A stretch of 61,491 nucleotides of DNA, counting the filler, from Pirum gemmata (lineage: Eukaryota), in assembly GCA_002812295.1 (NCBI GenBank). It is 19 parts of 19 records of this genome, joined end to end, with 100 filler letters (N's around TTAATTAATTAA, not from the genome) between each part and the next. Parts side by side here need not be neighbours in the genome. Positions count along the whole stretch, not along the records: positions 1 to 2,892 come from PDIN01004202.1; positions 2,993 to 5,912 come from PDIN01004203.1; positions 6,013 to 8,924 come from PDIN01004204.1; positions 9,025 to 11,890 come from PDIN01004205.1; 15 more parts are not named here. One strand, written 5' to 3'. The first letter of the stretch is position 1. The number at the start of each line of letters is the position of its first letter. Position numbers and translations under genes: made by a program. Under the pieces are notes generated by a model. The model did no database searches. It saw only the letters and a list, made by a program, of their open reading frames with translations, and was not told the origin of the DNA. Below are positions 1 through 11,990 of this stretch, piece by piece.

Positions 1-331
1 AAGTATTAAAAATATTGCCTTTACTATGATAATAGAAAAACCAACAGTAATATAAGTAATATAATAATTAGCAAAATTAATAATTTTAATTAACAAAAAT
101 TGATGAATATCAATTTTTATATATTATAGAAACGTTGGGATTAGTTACTAAAAACGGACGTAGTAGAGGAATTAGAGGTATAGTAGTTATATAATAATGC
201 TATATAATAATTTAATGGTATATAATAATAATATAGTGCTATATTAATATTGTAGTGACTATAATTATAGCACTATGTAATGGATAATAATAATAATAAT
301 AGTAATAATAATAATAATAATAATAGTAATA

Positions 332-371
<40 letters not shown>

Positions 372-541
372 ATAATAATGATAATAACAATAATTGAAAA
401 TTGTAATTTAAAAATCAATACAAATCTTCGTTAAAATAATTAATAATAAAATAATAAGTAATCAATTGCAAGTAATAATAAAAAGTAATTCATAATATAA
501 TAATATTAATATTAATAATAATTAAAAATTATAAGTATGCT

Positions 542-778
542 TTATTTTGATACACATTGACCATTGGTAAATTTACAATCTCCATTACACAAAGAAGAGG
601 CTTGTAGGCCCATTGTTAAAATATTAGTAACATGGTCATAGGGACACCATTCACAACTACTAGCAGTATGACCACCACAGGAAACGTGTGGATAGTTCGG
701 TTGAACACACTGTTTTTCTACAAGGAGACATTCGCCTTTACTAACAAAAGGCAAACACTCATTTGGTTTCCCGTCCAT
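542..778 (-). CDS. Small Cys-rich extracellular-type protein or terminal gene fragment (VSCGGH-A-SC..CP...CNGDC...GQCV module)
   Basis: Non-repetitive ORF with ordered cysteines VSCGGHTASSCEWCP...LCNGDCKFTNGQCVSK, ending in TAA. No signal peptide is visible, and repeat DNA begins immediately upstream (781), so it may be 5' truncated. Confidence 0.55.
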   Translation of the reverse strand: MDGKPNECLPFVSKGECLLVEKQCVQPNYPHVSCGGHTASSCEWCPYDHVTNILTMGLQASSLCNGDCKFTNGQCVSK

Positions 779-780
779 TT

Positions 781-1690
781 TAGAACATTCAGCTTTAATG
801 ACGTCATACTAATATTTTTCTAATTTGATCCACTTTTTTTACAGCCGTTCTATATCTTTAAAAACATATTTAGGTATCAAATAGGACTAATTTTATACTC
901 TTGACTATATTAGGATAAAAATAATTTTTTAAAAATAAAGTATTTGTTACCAAAAAGGGAAGATTTACTATAGTTACCGGTAATTAAGTATTGAAATGCT
1001 TTATATAGTGAATGTGATGTGTTAAAACGAAAAAAAACGAGAACTTGTTCCACCTTTTTTACAGCCGTTCTATACCCTTAAATACATTGAAGTATCAAGT
1101 AAGACTAATTTTCTGCTCTTGATTAAATTGGGATAAAACTAAAGTATAGGGCTACCACGTATGACGTCATAATAATATTTATTATTATTATTTTATTTTT
1201 AGCCAACATCGATTTCAGGTTGAGGAAAAGAAAATTTTCTTTTTTGAACAAAATTAAATTAAATTAATTATTGGAACACTAAAGAGTAGTCACGACGTTT
1301 CTTGATCCAAAAATGATAATAACATGTATGGGAATCTATGAGAGAGTGATTACTTTTCCTCTACCTAAAGCGAGGTTAGAATAACCCTAACCCTAACCCT
1401 AACCCTAACCCTAACCCCTAGCCCCTAGCCCCATATATTGTGACGGCATCCGTGCTAGCCCCTAAAGTTTGGTCCCTATCAAAAAGAATTTGTTATCAAA
1501 ACGGGAATCTAATACTTCCAGTTTTTGAAGAACAACGTTTTCCAATTCGATTCATTTTTTTTTTTTTTAACAGCCGTTCTGCTCTTTAAATATACACATA
1601 TTGAGGTGTCAAAACAGTTTTCAAACTAATTTAAACAGTGAATAGTTTACTTCAAGAAGTTATTCTCTTAGATTAAATGTTAGGGATCAA
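781..1690. repeat. Three diverged copies of a ~100-bp unit (TTTTACAGCCGTTCT...AGGTATCAA...CTCTTGA...GGATAAAA), probably transposon-derived
   Basis: Copies at ~830-920, ~1050-1140 and ~1560-1690. ATGACGTCATA(C/A)TAATATTT motifs at ~798 and ~1160 resemble the Harbinger-like TIRs elsewhere in the window. Confidence 0.55.
1383..1432. repeat. Interstitial telomeric repeat (CCCTAA)n
   Basis: About 5 CCCTAA units degenerating to CCCCTAG, with unique sequence on both sides. Confidence 0.9.
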
Positions 1691-1986
1691 ACAACTAAAA
1701 ATATTTACTTACTACTACTACTACTACTACTACCACTACCACTACCACCACCACCACCACTACTACCTCTATTACTACTAATGTTATAGCTACTACTACT
1801 ACTACTACTACGCTACTACTACTACTACTACTACTAAATTAAATTATTCTCTTCATATTTAATTTGGGTATTAAGCAGCTTAATTATTACTAAACAAAGA
1901 CAACCAAGCGAAAAGCGGTTAGTGATAGTTGGTTGTGACGTTGGTGGGGTGATTCGGTTAGATTAGGGTCGAATCTTGGAAAAATG

Positions 1987-2027
<41 letters not shown>

Positions 2028-2132
2028 NNNNNNNNNNTCTAATTGTTTTAAAAAAGCAATACAAATAAAAAAAATGTATTAAATATCAAATTAAGTAAAA
2101 ATATAACAGGGTTATATAGTTTACCCTTTTAA

Positions 2133-2859
2133 CTAATTGAACTCTTTAATTTTCATTATTTCTTCACTGTCGTTAAATTTTTCAAGCAAACCAATAAATC
2201 GCAATTTGTTATCTCTGAATAAGGTGTAGAGTTTTTTTTTACGTTTGTTTTTTAAAACAATTAGATGATAATAACAACACACATAATCAATAAATAAACA
2301 ACAAATAAACAACAAAAATATAGCCAATAACACAAAAACAAACTAACAAACCAACAAACCAACAAAAACAAAACGAACGAATTGACAAATAACTGGTAGT
2401 AGTAGTAGTAGTAATTAGCAGTAAGTAATAGTAAGTAACAGTAAACACCCACACAAAACAATTAGGAAATAAATAATACCATATTAGAAAATAACAGCAA
2501 ATACAACGAAGAATCAAACAATGAACAAACAACAGCAACACAATAAAAGGAGCACAGACCATAACATATACCAAACAACAAACAGCAAATAAGCTAACCA
2601 CAAAAACAAACAAAACAAACAAAACAAACAACAAAACAAAAGAAATTTCCACATACCCAAATACATCAAACACAACAACAACAAAACAAGCAACAAAACA
2701 ACCAAAAAAAGGAACAAAAGAAACAAAATCGACAAAAAAAAAATAATAATAAAAATATATTTACTTATTTTTCGATTTTTTTGCTAATTTTCTAACTGCA
2801 TCCAATAGAGGCAAACAACATATTTCTGTCAGCCATTCAGATGGCAGTTTAAATATTAT
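2133..2859 (-). CDS. Last two exons of an unidentified gene (2859-2765 joined to 2214-2133)
   Basis: TTTACAG acceptor at 2860, GTAAAT donor at 2764 and TTCAG acceptor at 2215. Splicing keeps frame: IIFKLPSEWLTEICCLPLLDAVRKLAKKSKNK/DNKLRFIGLLEKFNDSEEIMKIKEFN*. The intron is a (GTTT/GTT)n tract. Confidence 0.5.
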
Positions 2860-2892
2860 CTGTAAAGTAAGTATTATTATTATTATTATTAT

Positions 2893-2992
2893 NNNNNNNN
2901 NNNNNNNNNNNNNNNNNNNNNNNNNNNNNNNNNNNNTTAATTAATTAANNNNNNNNNNNNNNNNNNNNNNNNNNNNNNNNNNNNNNNNNNNN
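2893..2992. other. Artificial contig linker N44-TTAATTAATTAA-N44 (first of 18)
   Basis: Identical 100-bp all-frame-stop spacers start at 2893, 5913, 8925, 11891, 16960, 20773, 23765, 26467, 29460, 34122, 37106, 40086, 43063, 46547, 49521, 52528, 55518 and 58509. Confidence 0.98.
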
Positions 2993-3198
2993 TAATAATA
3001 ATATAAAATAATATCAATAGAAGGGCGAAAAAACAAACAAAAAAAAAAATCTAATTTGCAGTTTCAAATTGTGCCGCAATTTTCGCTTTTTTAATTAAAT
3101 CCCTATTTTTTTTGAAATTTTCGAGTAGCTAGTGGGATGTTTTTTTGGTGGTTTCAGTTGTAGTAATACGTCATATTACGAATATATACCTACTATAA

Positions 3199-3285
3199 TG
3201 CTTTACAGTTGTTTTGTCATCATAAAATAAACAATATATAGTACCAAATTAATACAATATAAATCCATTTAATTTAATTTGGTAT
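3199..3285 (+). mobile_element. MITE-A partial copy (cut by gap)
   Basis: Matches the first half of the copy at 3785-3969. Confidence 0.8.
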
Positions 3286-3443
3286 NNNNNNNNNNNNNNN
3301 NNNNNNNNNNNNNNNNNNNNNNNNNNNNNNNNNNNNNNNNNNNNNNNNNNNNNNNNNNNNNNNNNNNNNNNNNNNNNNNNNNNNNNNNNNNNNNNNNNNN
3401 NNNNNNNNNNNNNNNNNNNNNNNNNNNNNNNNNNNNNNNNNNN

Positions 3444-3560
<117 letters not shown>

Positions 3561-3784
3561 ACTTTGCCCTTCTGGATATGTCTGCTAGCTAGCTAGTAGC
3601 TAGCATAAGAGGATATCGGTGATATATGTCTGGACTCTGGATATACCCTACGTTTCTAAATACGTATTTTGTATTCTGATTTTGTATTTTTAGTATACCG
3701 GTAGTCTAGAGTCTATAGACCTATAAATAAAAGAAAACAGGAACTTTTTTCTCAGACTTTTTTCTCTTTTAAAAATGTATGATA

Positions 3785-3969
3785 TCGTGCTTTTCATTTG
3801 TTTTGTCATCATAAAATATTTAATAAAGAGTACCAAATTAATATAATATAAATTCATTTCATTTAATTAGTTATATTTTATAATCTATTTATTCATTTAA
3901 AAATGTCAGCTTAAATATTATAACCAACCAAATAAATATTTAGAGTGACAAAATAAATGAAAAGCACGA
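3785..3969 (+). mobile_element. MITE-A, 185-bp full-length copy, TA-flanked (Tc1/mariner-like non-autonomous element)
   Basis: TIRs TCGTGCTTTTCATTTGTTTTGTCA ... TGACAAAATAAATGAAAAGCACGA, with TA at 3783-84 and 3970-71. Contains an internal TACCAAATTAA motif. Confidence 0.9.
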
Positions 3970-4027
3970 TAATACACTGATAATACTATACATCAATAGA
4001 CTATCTTCGATATATATACTTATGATA

Positions 4028-4120
4028 GGGAGCGCCAGTTTCCGGTCAAATACAGCTACCTACCCCTCGACGTTAATTTCCTGTCAAATACCACCTACAT
4101 ACCTACCCCTTGACGTCATT
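4028..4120 (+). mobile_element. Internally deleted copy of the Harbinger-like MITE at 54363-54511
   Basis: Shares TTTCCGGTC..ATACAGCT..CTACCTACCCCTCGACGTTAATTTC..GTCAAATACCAC..TACCTACCCCTTGACGT with that copy. Confidence 0.7.
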
Positions 4121-4270
4121 ATTATGGTTAAACTATCAGACATGTTTTAATTAATTTGGTATTTTACACTTTTTTTAATTAATGTTTTATTTTATAAACA
4201 AGTTCAATTTTATACTTAAACAGTACCAAATTAAACATTGAGCGTACAACTGTAATGAAATAGACGATAG
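4119..4270 (+). repeat. Dispersed repeat family ending GAAATAGACGATA (MITE-like, shares the TACCAAATTAA motif with MITE-A)
   Basis: Similar to 19170-19255 (ATTATGGTTAAACTATCAGACA...CTTAAACAGTACCAAATTAAA.ATTGAG...AATAGACGATA) and to parts of 25260-25350 and 26160-26245. Confidence 0.55.
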
Positions 4271-6093
4271 TGTATATGATAGTCTATGAACTATGATAGT
4301 CTATGAACTAGTCTATGATATTAAATGTCAGATTATTATCATATGATTCATATCATGGTAAAAAATTACTGTAAAAAATTACATGTGCTCTGAAATGCTC
4401 TATAGCTAGCTAGAGTCGGTCTAGAGTCTAGACTAGAAAAAAATGCCTGATTGCTTTTATTATATATCATATATAGCTATCATCGCTAGGTTGTATTCTT
4501 ACGCGCAAGATTGATTTTCTTCACTTCCTTATTTAAATAATGAACTAAATTTTGATTTGATTTACCAACTGCTTTAATTTCTAATTCCCTATCAATATGT
4601 TTCATTTGTTGAATTCGTCTTTTACGTCCTAGTGATCGTGTGATGGATTCGAATCATATGGCACTATCATCATTAGTTATCATGACATCGTGGTCGCATT
4701 CAACAGCCATTTAGAAATCTAATGATGTTGTAAAAATTTCACTTTTGAAAAAAAAGTTTCATCAATTATTGAGAAATCCAATGATGTTGCAGAAGATTTT
4801 AGTTTTGGAAAAAAAGGTTGAATGTTTACCTTTTTTGGGATTTCTTTTTCAGATCACCAACCAAATATTTCTATTATACAAAAAAATGAGACTAACAACC
4901 ACTCTAACAACTTTTTTTTGGCAAGTGTGGACTGTGGGGGGAGTCTGTGATCAGTATCGATAGCAACTACTAGTCACTACTAGTAGCTAACTCATCTGAT
5001 AATAAATATCATAAGACTAGTCTATTTTTTCTTTAGTAGTATTTTTTCTATGACATAATTATGATATTATATAATTTTTATGATATGATGAGCGGTAGTA
5101 AGTATCGGTTGGATAGTTAAACTTCTATCACAGTAAGGCTGTAAGCAAACATGGATCCTAATTTGGAAATATCAAATCCAGCCATTCCTCCCAGCAATGC
5201 CAGCATACACAATAATTATCGATATTATAGTATAATTATCTCCTCCACCTCCATTATTATTATCATATTAGCAGCTCTACCCATCATACTTCCCAACCCT
5301 GCACATATGTTTTTACAATGTTTTAACCCACAAGTTTACTGGCACAAAATACTGCCGTTTGGATTAAAATTACAAATATTAGTCGTAAATGGATGGGATA
5401 TTCTCAACTCATGAGTTTGTATTGCGCATGCTTTTCACACAATTTAGTTAATATAAAGTATCGTATTTGTGCATATTATGGATTTGCACATCGGCATACC
5501 CTTGCATGTCAAAATTCAAATATTTCCCAAACATAAACTCTATGACATAAAATCCCATAATTAAATAGTTTTTATATTAAATTTTATCACTTTTACTTAG
5601 TATAGCAAATTTTTGAAATACGTACATGTCATAATGTACTACAAATTACTCACAAGGGATCATTAATTAATGTTAATTACTGGAATGTTTTCATCAGGGT
5701 AATTTTTATAATAATACTAATAATATTTAATAAAATAAACAAATTTCCTAGAACAAATTCCCAAAAAAAAATGATAATTTTTAATTAAATTTGAATTCTG
5801 CCAATTTAATGAGGAAGTCATTAATATTGAATATATTATTATGTATTATGATATATATAATTATATAAGCTTATAAGTTATATTAGGTCTAACCCTCCTC
5901 GTGCTCCGCTAANNNNNNNNNNNNNNNNNNNNNNNNNNNNNNNNNNNNNNNNNNNNTTAATTAATTAANNNNNNNNNNNNNNNNNNNNNNNNNNNNNNNN
6001 NNNNNNNNNNNNTTGGAAATTTGCGTTACGTAGTATTTGAACGAGCTCCCTAGTCCCTATGTAGAATTGTAGATAAAAAAAATAATAATAATG

Positions 6094-6156
<63 letters not shown>

Positions 6157-7604
6157 AGAATAATTATTAGTTGAATGCTAAAAAAAAGTTATCCAAAAGT
6201 TATCCAAATGTCCAAATAAAGCAACCCATGCAAAAACCAACTTACCCAAGAGAAAGTTTGGTAAAAACAATGCTTATGATTGGAAGAGGGTGGGGGGATT
6301 GGAGGCTTTGGAGCTCAAACTTCCAAGCTTCTAAAGCTTTTTTTTTTTTTTTTTTAAAAAGAGGTGTTTTTTTTTTTTTTAAAACAAGGTGTATTTTTTT
6401 TTTTTTTTATACGGATAGTTCAAATGAAGCAGTCAGTGAAGTAGTCTCTAGCTAGACTCTCTAGTAGCTAGAGTCTCTACTACTAGCTAGCCAGCTAGTA
6501 GTAAACTATCTCTAGTTGTAAGCTAGCTAGTAGCTAGTCTATAATAATATTTATCATATTTATCAATATAATAAAATTAATGGTTCATCTTTACATATGA
6601 TAGCTATCATAATATGATATATAGTACTACTATCTGAGAAGCTAGTAGTATTATTATAAGCTAGTATCGTATGATATCGATTAGCTATTTTATATGATAA
6701 AACCAAAGGATTATGATATTTTGTGCTGTAGACGTCTATGATACTAGCTAGACTATGGGAGGATTTTGCGTGGTAGCACTGTGGTAGCGTCACTCGCGTG
6801 GTGTTAATAAAAAAAAAAATAATTTGAAGAAAAGAAAAACTAGAAAAACCCATTCTAAAAATACCCTTTTTTGTTATAAAACACATTGTTATCTATTAGT
6901 GTTATGATATCTATTATTATAATAATAATATCATGATATTTAATATCTTGAAAGTTGAAACCCCTAATACTTATCATATTATCATATATTATGGTATAAA
7001 TATCGATATATCTGATATACATCATTTAAAAATATGATGTATTATAATTTATAATATTATATTAAATTATGTATTTTGATATTATTTTTTTTTAATCAAA
7101 TATATATATTTAGATAGATGCACGCTTAACCAATATGTCGTAGTATTGATAGTAAGACTAGCTGATACTAGCTAGCTAGTAGTATTAGCTAGCTAGCTAG
7201 CTACAGCAGCTACTAGTATCGATAGCTAGCTAGCTCTAGCTAGACTCTAGCTAGTTACATTGTAAGAATAATTGTAAGACTTTAATTAATATGTCATATT
7301 ATGATATCATATCTATATCATATCATACTACTCTAGCTAGTTAGCTACTAGCTCTAGTAGCTAGCTAGCTAGTAGCTTGTATCACGATATCATTCAGTCT
7401 ACCGAAGGCCTTCTATCATATCATACCGACTCTACCCCCCCCTCTACTAGCTAGCTAGCTACTAGTAGCCCAGTCTACCCAACTATTCTACCTGGTCTGA
7501 CATCTATATAGACTATCGATTATGATACTATAACTGATACTATGATATTATAACTACTATTATGATACTATAGAACATTTTTTATATAGAACCTCTCTAG
7601 ACCA

Positions 7605-8185
7605 TGATTCTTCTATTTTTTAATTAATTGTCTCTTCCCATTCATTTTGTCTATTTATTAGCTATAGTTTGTTATCATTAATTAAAGGTTTTTGTTTTGA
7701 GGTTTTCTTCTATGCTTTTTATGCTACTGTTTGTCATGATCGTTTGTAGATTCCAACTATTTGGAGGGGTCTAGTGGTTTGGACTTGGAGTATATTTTTA
7801 TTAATGCTTTTAAATTTGTTGTTTCTTTTTACATATATTAATAATAATCTTTATTAATACATTATTGTTGTATTATTGGGTTAATGAAGATATTTTGTTT
7901 TACATCATACATTTCGTAGTTAAACTTATTATTATTGTTATATTGATGGTTGCATGCTAGTTTTAGTAATTGTTCTGTGTTATTTTGTATTGGGATCATG
8001 TTTTGTTGTTTATATGATATAGTATATATCATTAATGAAGATATATTTTGTTTTGCATCATAAAATTCGTAGTTTTAAACTAAGTCTTATTGTTGTTTTT
8101 ATTTTGGTGGTTGCATGCTAGTTTTAGTAATTGTTCTGTGTTATTTTGTATTGGGATCATGTTTTGTTGTTTATATGATATTGAT
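7605..8185 (-). mobile_element. LINE 3'-region fragment, paralog of 12068-12460, with internal tandem duplication
   Basis: Shared blocks include CCCATTCATTTTGT, AAAGGTTTTTGTTTTGAGGTTTTCTTCTATG and TGTATTGGGATCATGTTTTGT. The segment ~7880-8020 is repeated at ~8030-8180. Confidence 0.8.
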
Positions 8186-9157
8186 ATAATAATTATTACT
8201 ACTACTACTAGTTAGCTATAGTATGATAAATCGTATGATACTGCATAATCGTACTATATAATCGTAGACCGGGTCTATGATAGCACTAGCACTAGCTAGA
8301 CTACTATCGATACTGACTATCGATAGACATAATAATGATCATAATATCGATAATATTCTGAAAATATTATGATAGTCTCAGCAGGTAGTTCTAGGTAGCT
8401 AGTCTCTACTAGCTAGCTACTAGCTAGCGGATAACTAGCTAGCTAGAGCTAGTAGCTAGCTAGCTAGCTAGATGTCAGATCGAATAAGGGAGTTCAATTT
8501 TTTTTTGATAGACTACGGTCTATAGCTTAGTAATAATTTGTAGTAGCTAGCTAGGTAGAAAAAGCTTAGTGACTTCAAGTTCAGGCAGGCGACTTTGTTT
8601 TTTTTTATTTTTATAAATAATAATAATAATAAAAATTATAGGAGACTTATGGGAGTCATATTATCTCATATATCTTATTTATTGTCTTTATTTATAACTA
8701 AAATTCCAAAAAGGAATAATATATGCATATTATTGTATATATATAGATATCATAGATATATAAAAAAAGAAAGAGCTGAAAAGGAGGATATATTTTTTTT
8801 TTACAAGATATATGGAATATTGTATTTGTATAATTTATATTTATAAATAAAACACTAATAATCAATAATAATAATAAAACACGATATTATCAGTATATTA
8901 GTGCTCTGTATATTATTTTATGCANNNNNNNNNNNNNNNNNNNNNNNNNNNNNNNNNNNNNNNNNNNNTTAATTAATTAANNNNNNNNNNNNNNNNNNNN
9001 NNNNNNNNNNNNNNNNNNNNNNNNATAATAATAATAATAATAATAAATAATATCAGAATAATACATCTATGGTAGGAAAATAATAATAATACGATAATAA
9101 AAAATGAAATGAATTGATTTTTTTCGAAATGCAAGTATTTTTTTTTCTTCTTTTTTT

Positions 9158-9760
9158 CAAGGTTCTACAAAACTGAAGTTCCTTGATTCTTTATAAATGA
9201 CCTCGTTTTGTCACCAGTTCTTTTTGTAAACAATTCGATAACGTTAAACGTCCAGTAACCCCCCCCCCCCCCCCCCCCCNATAAATTATTTTAAGGGTCT
9301 ACAAAATTGAAGTCCTTGATTCTTTATAAATGTCCTCATTTTGTCACCAGTTCTTCTAAAATATCATGTATATAAATGGGTTTCTTTTTTTTTTTTGAAA
9401 ATTTCCATTGGTTTTTTTTTTGGTTCTTTTTTTTTTTTTTAAACAACAAACATAGTCCACAGAGATATACCTGGAGAGCTCCTCGAGACGAGATAGACAG
9501 TAATAGACACTGATAGAACCTAATAATCTACCAGAGCTGATGACTGTTGATGTTTACTAGCCCTAGTCAGTCTTAGTTTACTAGCTAACACGTGTATGCA
9601 ACCAGAGGCTCCTCAACCAGTAACTTTCACATTGCCTATGGTGGCTGGTAGAACATTGGTGGCATCACCAATAGACTATAGAACAACTCTAGCAACTCTC
9701 TCGCAACCGTAAGTCATAAAGAATCAGGGCTGAAGTATTGTAGAGCCTTTGAAATAATAA
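9158..9760. repeat. Direct duplication (9158-9222, 9292-9355) plus an inverted partial copy (~9714-9760)
   Basis: AAGG.TCTACAAAA.TGAAGT(T)CCTTGATTCTTTATAAATG.CCTC.TTTTGTCACCAGTTCT occurs twice. ATAAAGAATCAGGGCTGAAGTATTGTAGAGCCTT is its diverged reverse complement. Confidence 0.65.
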
Positions 9761-10262
9761 AATTCTGAAAAAAAAATATTATAATTATGCAGCAAGCGTA
9801 TATAATACAACATTATGATGTATTATTGCCTAATTAATCACAAATTGCTAAAGTAAAATCGATTTAAATTTAATTGTTAATTAAAATCTATGAACATACA
9901 ATATAATATTAATGTACTATTGAAATAATAAATATTGCAAAGTTAGTACAGACTTTGTGTAATGTTATATAACATTATACTGTTTTTTACATTTTTACAT
10001 TTTTATCTTCATTATTATTTATAGATAAACACCAAATTTAAAAATAATGAGCAAGTAATAAATTAACTTATTAACACTTTTAACTTAATCATTTTATGTT
10101 TACCAATTATTCATTTTCATTTTGTTAATAGCTCGTCGTGTGTTTTGTTTTGAAGGGCCTTTAATTAATTAAATAAAACTAACGTTGTTTTTATTTTCAG
10201 AATATTTTATTTTGTTGTTGATGATATTGTTATATTGAAATAATATTATCTAAGTATTTTTT

Positions 10263-10316
<54 letters not shown>

Positions 10317-10530
10317 CTATGTATTATACTGTATTATGATAATATGATATAAATAAATTTTATTTTATTTTATTTATTACTTTTTATAATGTATTTGTGA
10401 TTTGAAGAAAACTTAATGTTTTTAGTATTGGTACGTACTGGTACGTGTTATTATGTAATAATTTTTTTTAAATATTTAATTGAGAACTTGCTTATGATGA
10501 TGATGATGATGATGATAATGATAATGATGC

Positions 10531-10578
<48 letters not shown>

Positions 10579-11220
10579 GATGATAATGATGATCAATGAT
10601 GATGATGATGATGATCAATGATGATGATGATGATGATAATCGATAATGATGATAATGATGATAATGATATAATGATGATAATGATGATAATGATGATAAT
10701 GATGATAATGATGATAATGATGATACCAACGTTCATCTTGTTCTCGAAACTAACCGCGTAAGCTCCACGTACCAAATACATTATTTATAAATATTTTCTA
10801 TGCACACATGCACGTGCATTTTTTTTCTTTTTCACATGCACGTGCGTTTTTCAATGAAACGAATCAATTTTTTTTCTTTTTTTTTTCTTTTTTTGTAATT
10901 TATTATTATTATTATTATATAATATTCATGTGTGTTTTTCAAAAGTGTCAAAAAAAAAACTTATTTTATTTTGTTTTTATTTTATTTTTTATAATATATT
11001 ATGTGATGTTGTATTCTGAAAAAAAAAAACAGAAAAGAAAAAAGTTTTTTTCCTTATTTATAAAAAAAAGGAGGAGCTATGGACCGATAGTTAGCTAGCT
11101 ACTTAAGAGTATACCTAGTCTCGAATCGTAAAAAAGAACTCTTGCACAAGTTGACTTACAAAAACTGGCCATAAAGAATCACCAGTGAACTTCATTTACA
11201 AAATTTATGAAGTTCTATCA

Positions 11221-11252
<32 letters not shown>

Positions 11253-11256
11253 NNNN

Positions 11257-11300
11257 AGGGTTAGGGTTAGGGTTAGGGTTAGGGTTAGGGTTAGGGTTAG
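11257..11300. repeat. Interstitial telomeric repeat (TTAGGG)n following a poly(A) run and small gap
   Basis: About 7 perfect TTAGGG units. Confidence 0.9.
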
Positions 11301-11990
11301 AAACATTTTTCCACTAATTAACTAACCTAATTTATAAATAAGTTTCTGATGTAATTCATAACATTTACTTATAATATTAATTTTGGAATACTAAAAATAT
11401 TGATGACATTGTAAAGAAATTTAAATTGTGATAAACATATTATCATGATTATGTAGAAACCAAAAAAGACAACTACATATCGCAAACCTTTTCTGATTAA
11501 AGGCTGTGAAACGAATAATAATAATTAATAATAATAATAAATGATAATAAAAATAACAATAATAATAGAAAACGCACAAAAAACAAATAAATGCTGAAAA
11601 CATTTAATAAGCAATCTTACAATCAATAAAATAAATAAATAAATATTAATAACAACATTAAAATAATAATATTATAATAATAATAATACTAACCATTAAA
11701 TTTTTTCAAGATAAATTTCAACAAACGAAATGTTAACTGTAAATTCAATGCTTTTGGGAGCACAGCTCATGTAGTTAAATATATCATCAAAAATACGGGG
11801 TATTATCCCCTTTTTAAATTCATTATCGCAATCAGGACCCTGTATTTTGTATTAGGGGATCAGTTAATATATTATTATTATTATTATTATNNNNNNNNNN
11901 NNNNNNNNNNNNNNNNNNNNNNNNNNNNNNNNNNTTAATTAATTAANNNNNNNNNNNNNNNNNNNNNNNNNNNNNNNNNNNNNNNNNNNN

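Noticed and set aside
2261..2735. Hydrophobic V/L/F/C-rich ORFs, and similar ones at 10451-10781, 15237-16604, 24209-24536, 27994-28647, 34567-35042, 38666-39035, 43632-43892 and 57945-58501
   Set aside because: They are translations of microsatellites (GTTT, GAT, AAT, AGT, AATAGT) lacking stops in some frames, mostly intronic or antisense.
2937..2948. TTAATTAATTAA recurring about every 3 kb as a periodic biological repeat
   Set aside because: Always centred in exactly 44+44 N; it is an artificial stop linker.
4500..5560. Coding-like minus-strand stretches (e.g. ITRSLGRKRRIQQMKHIDRELEIKAVG)
   Set aside because: Interrupted by stops with no recognisable motif; possibly pseudogene debris but not supportable.
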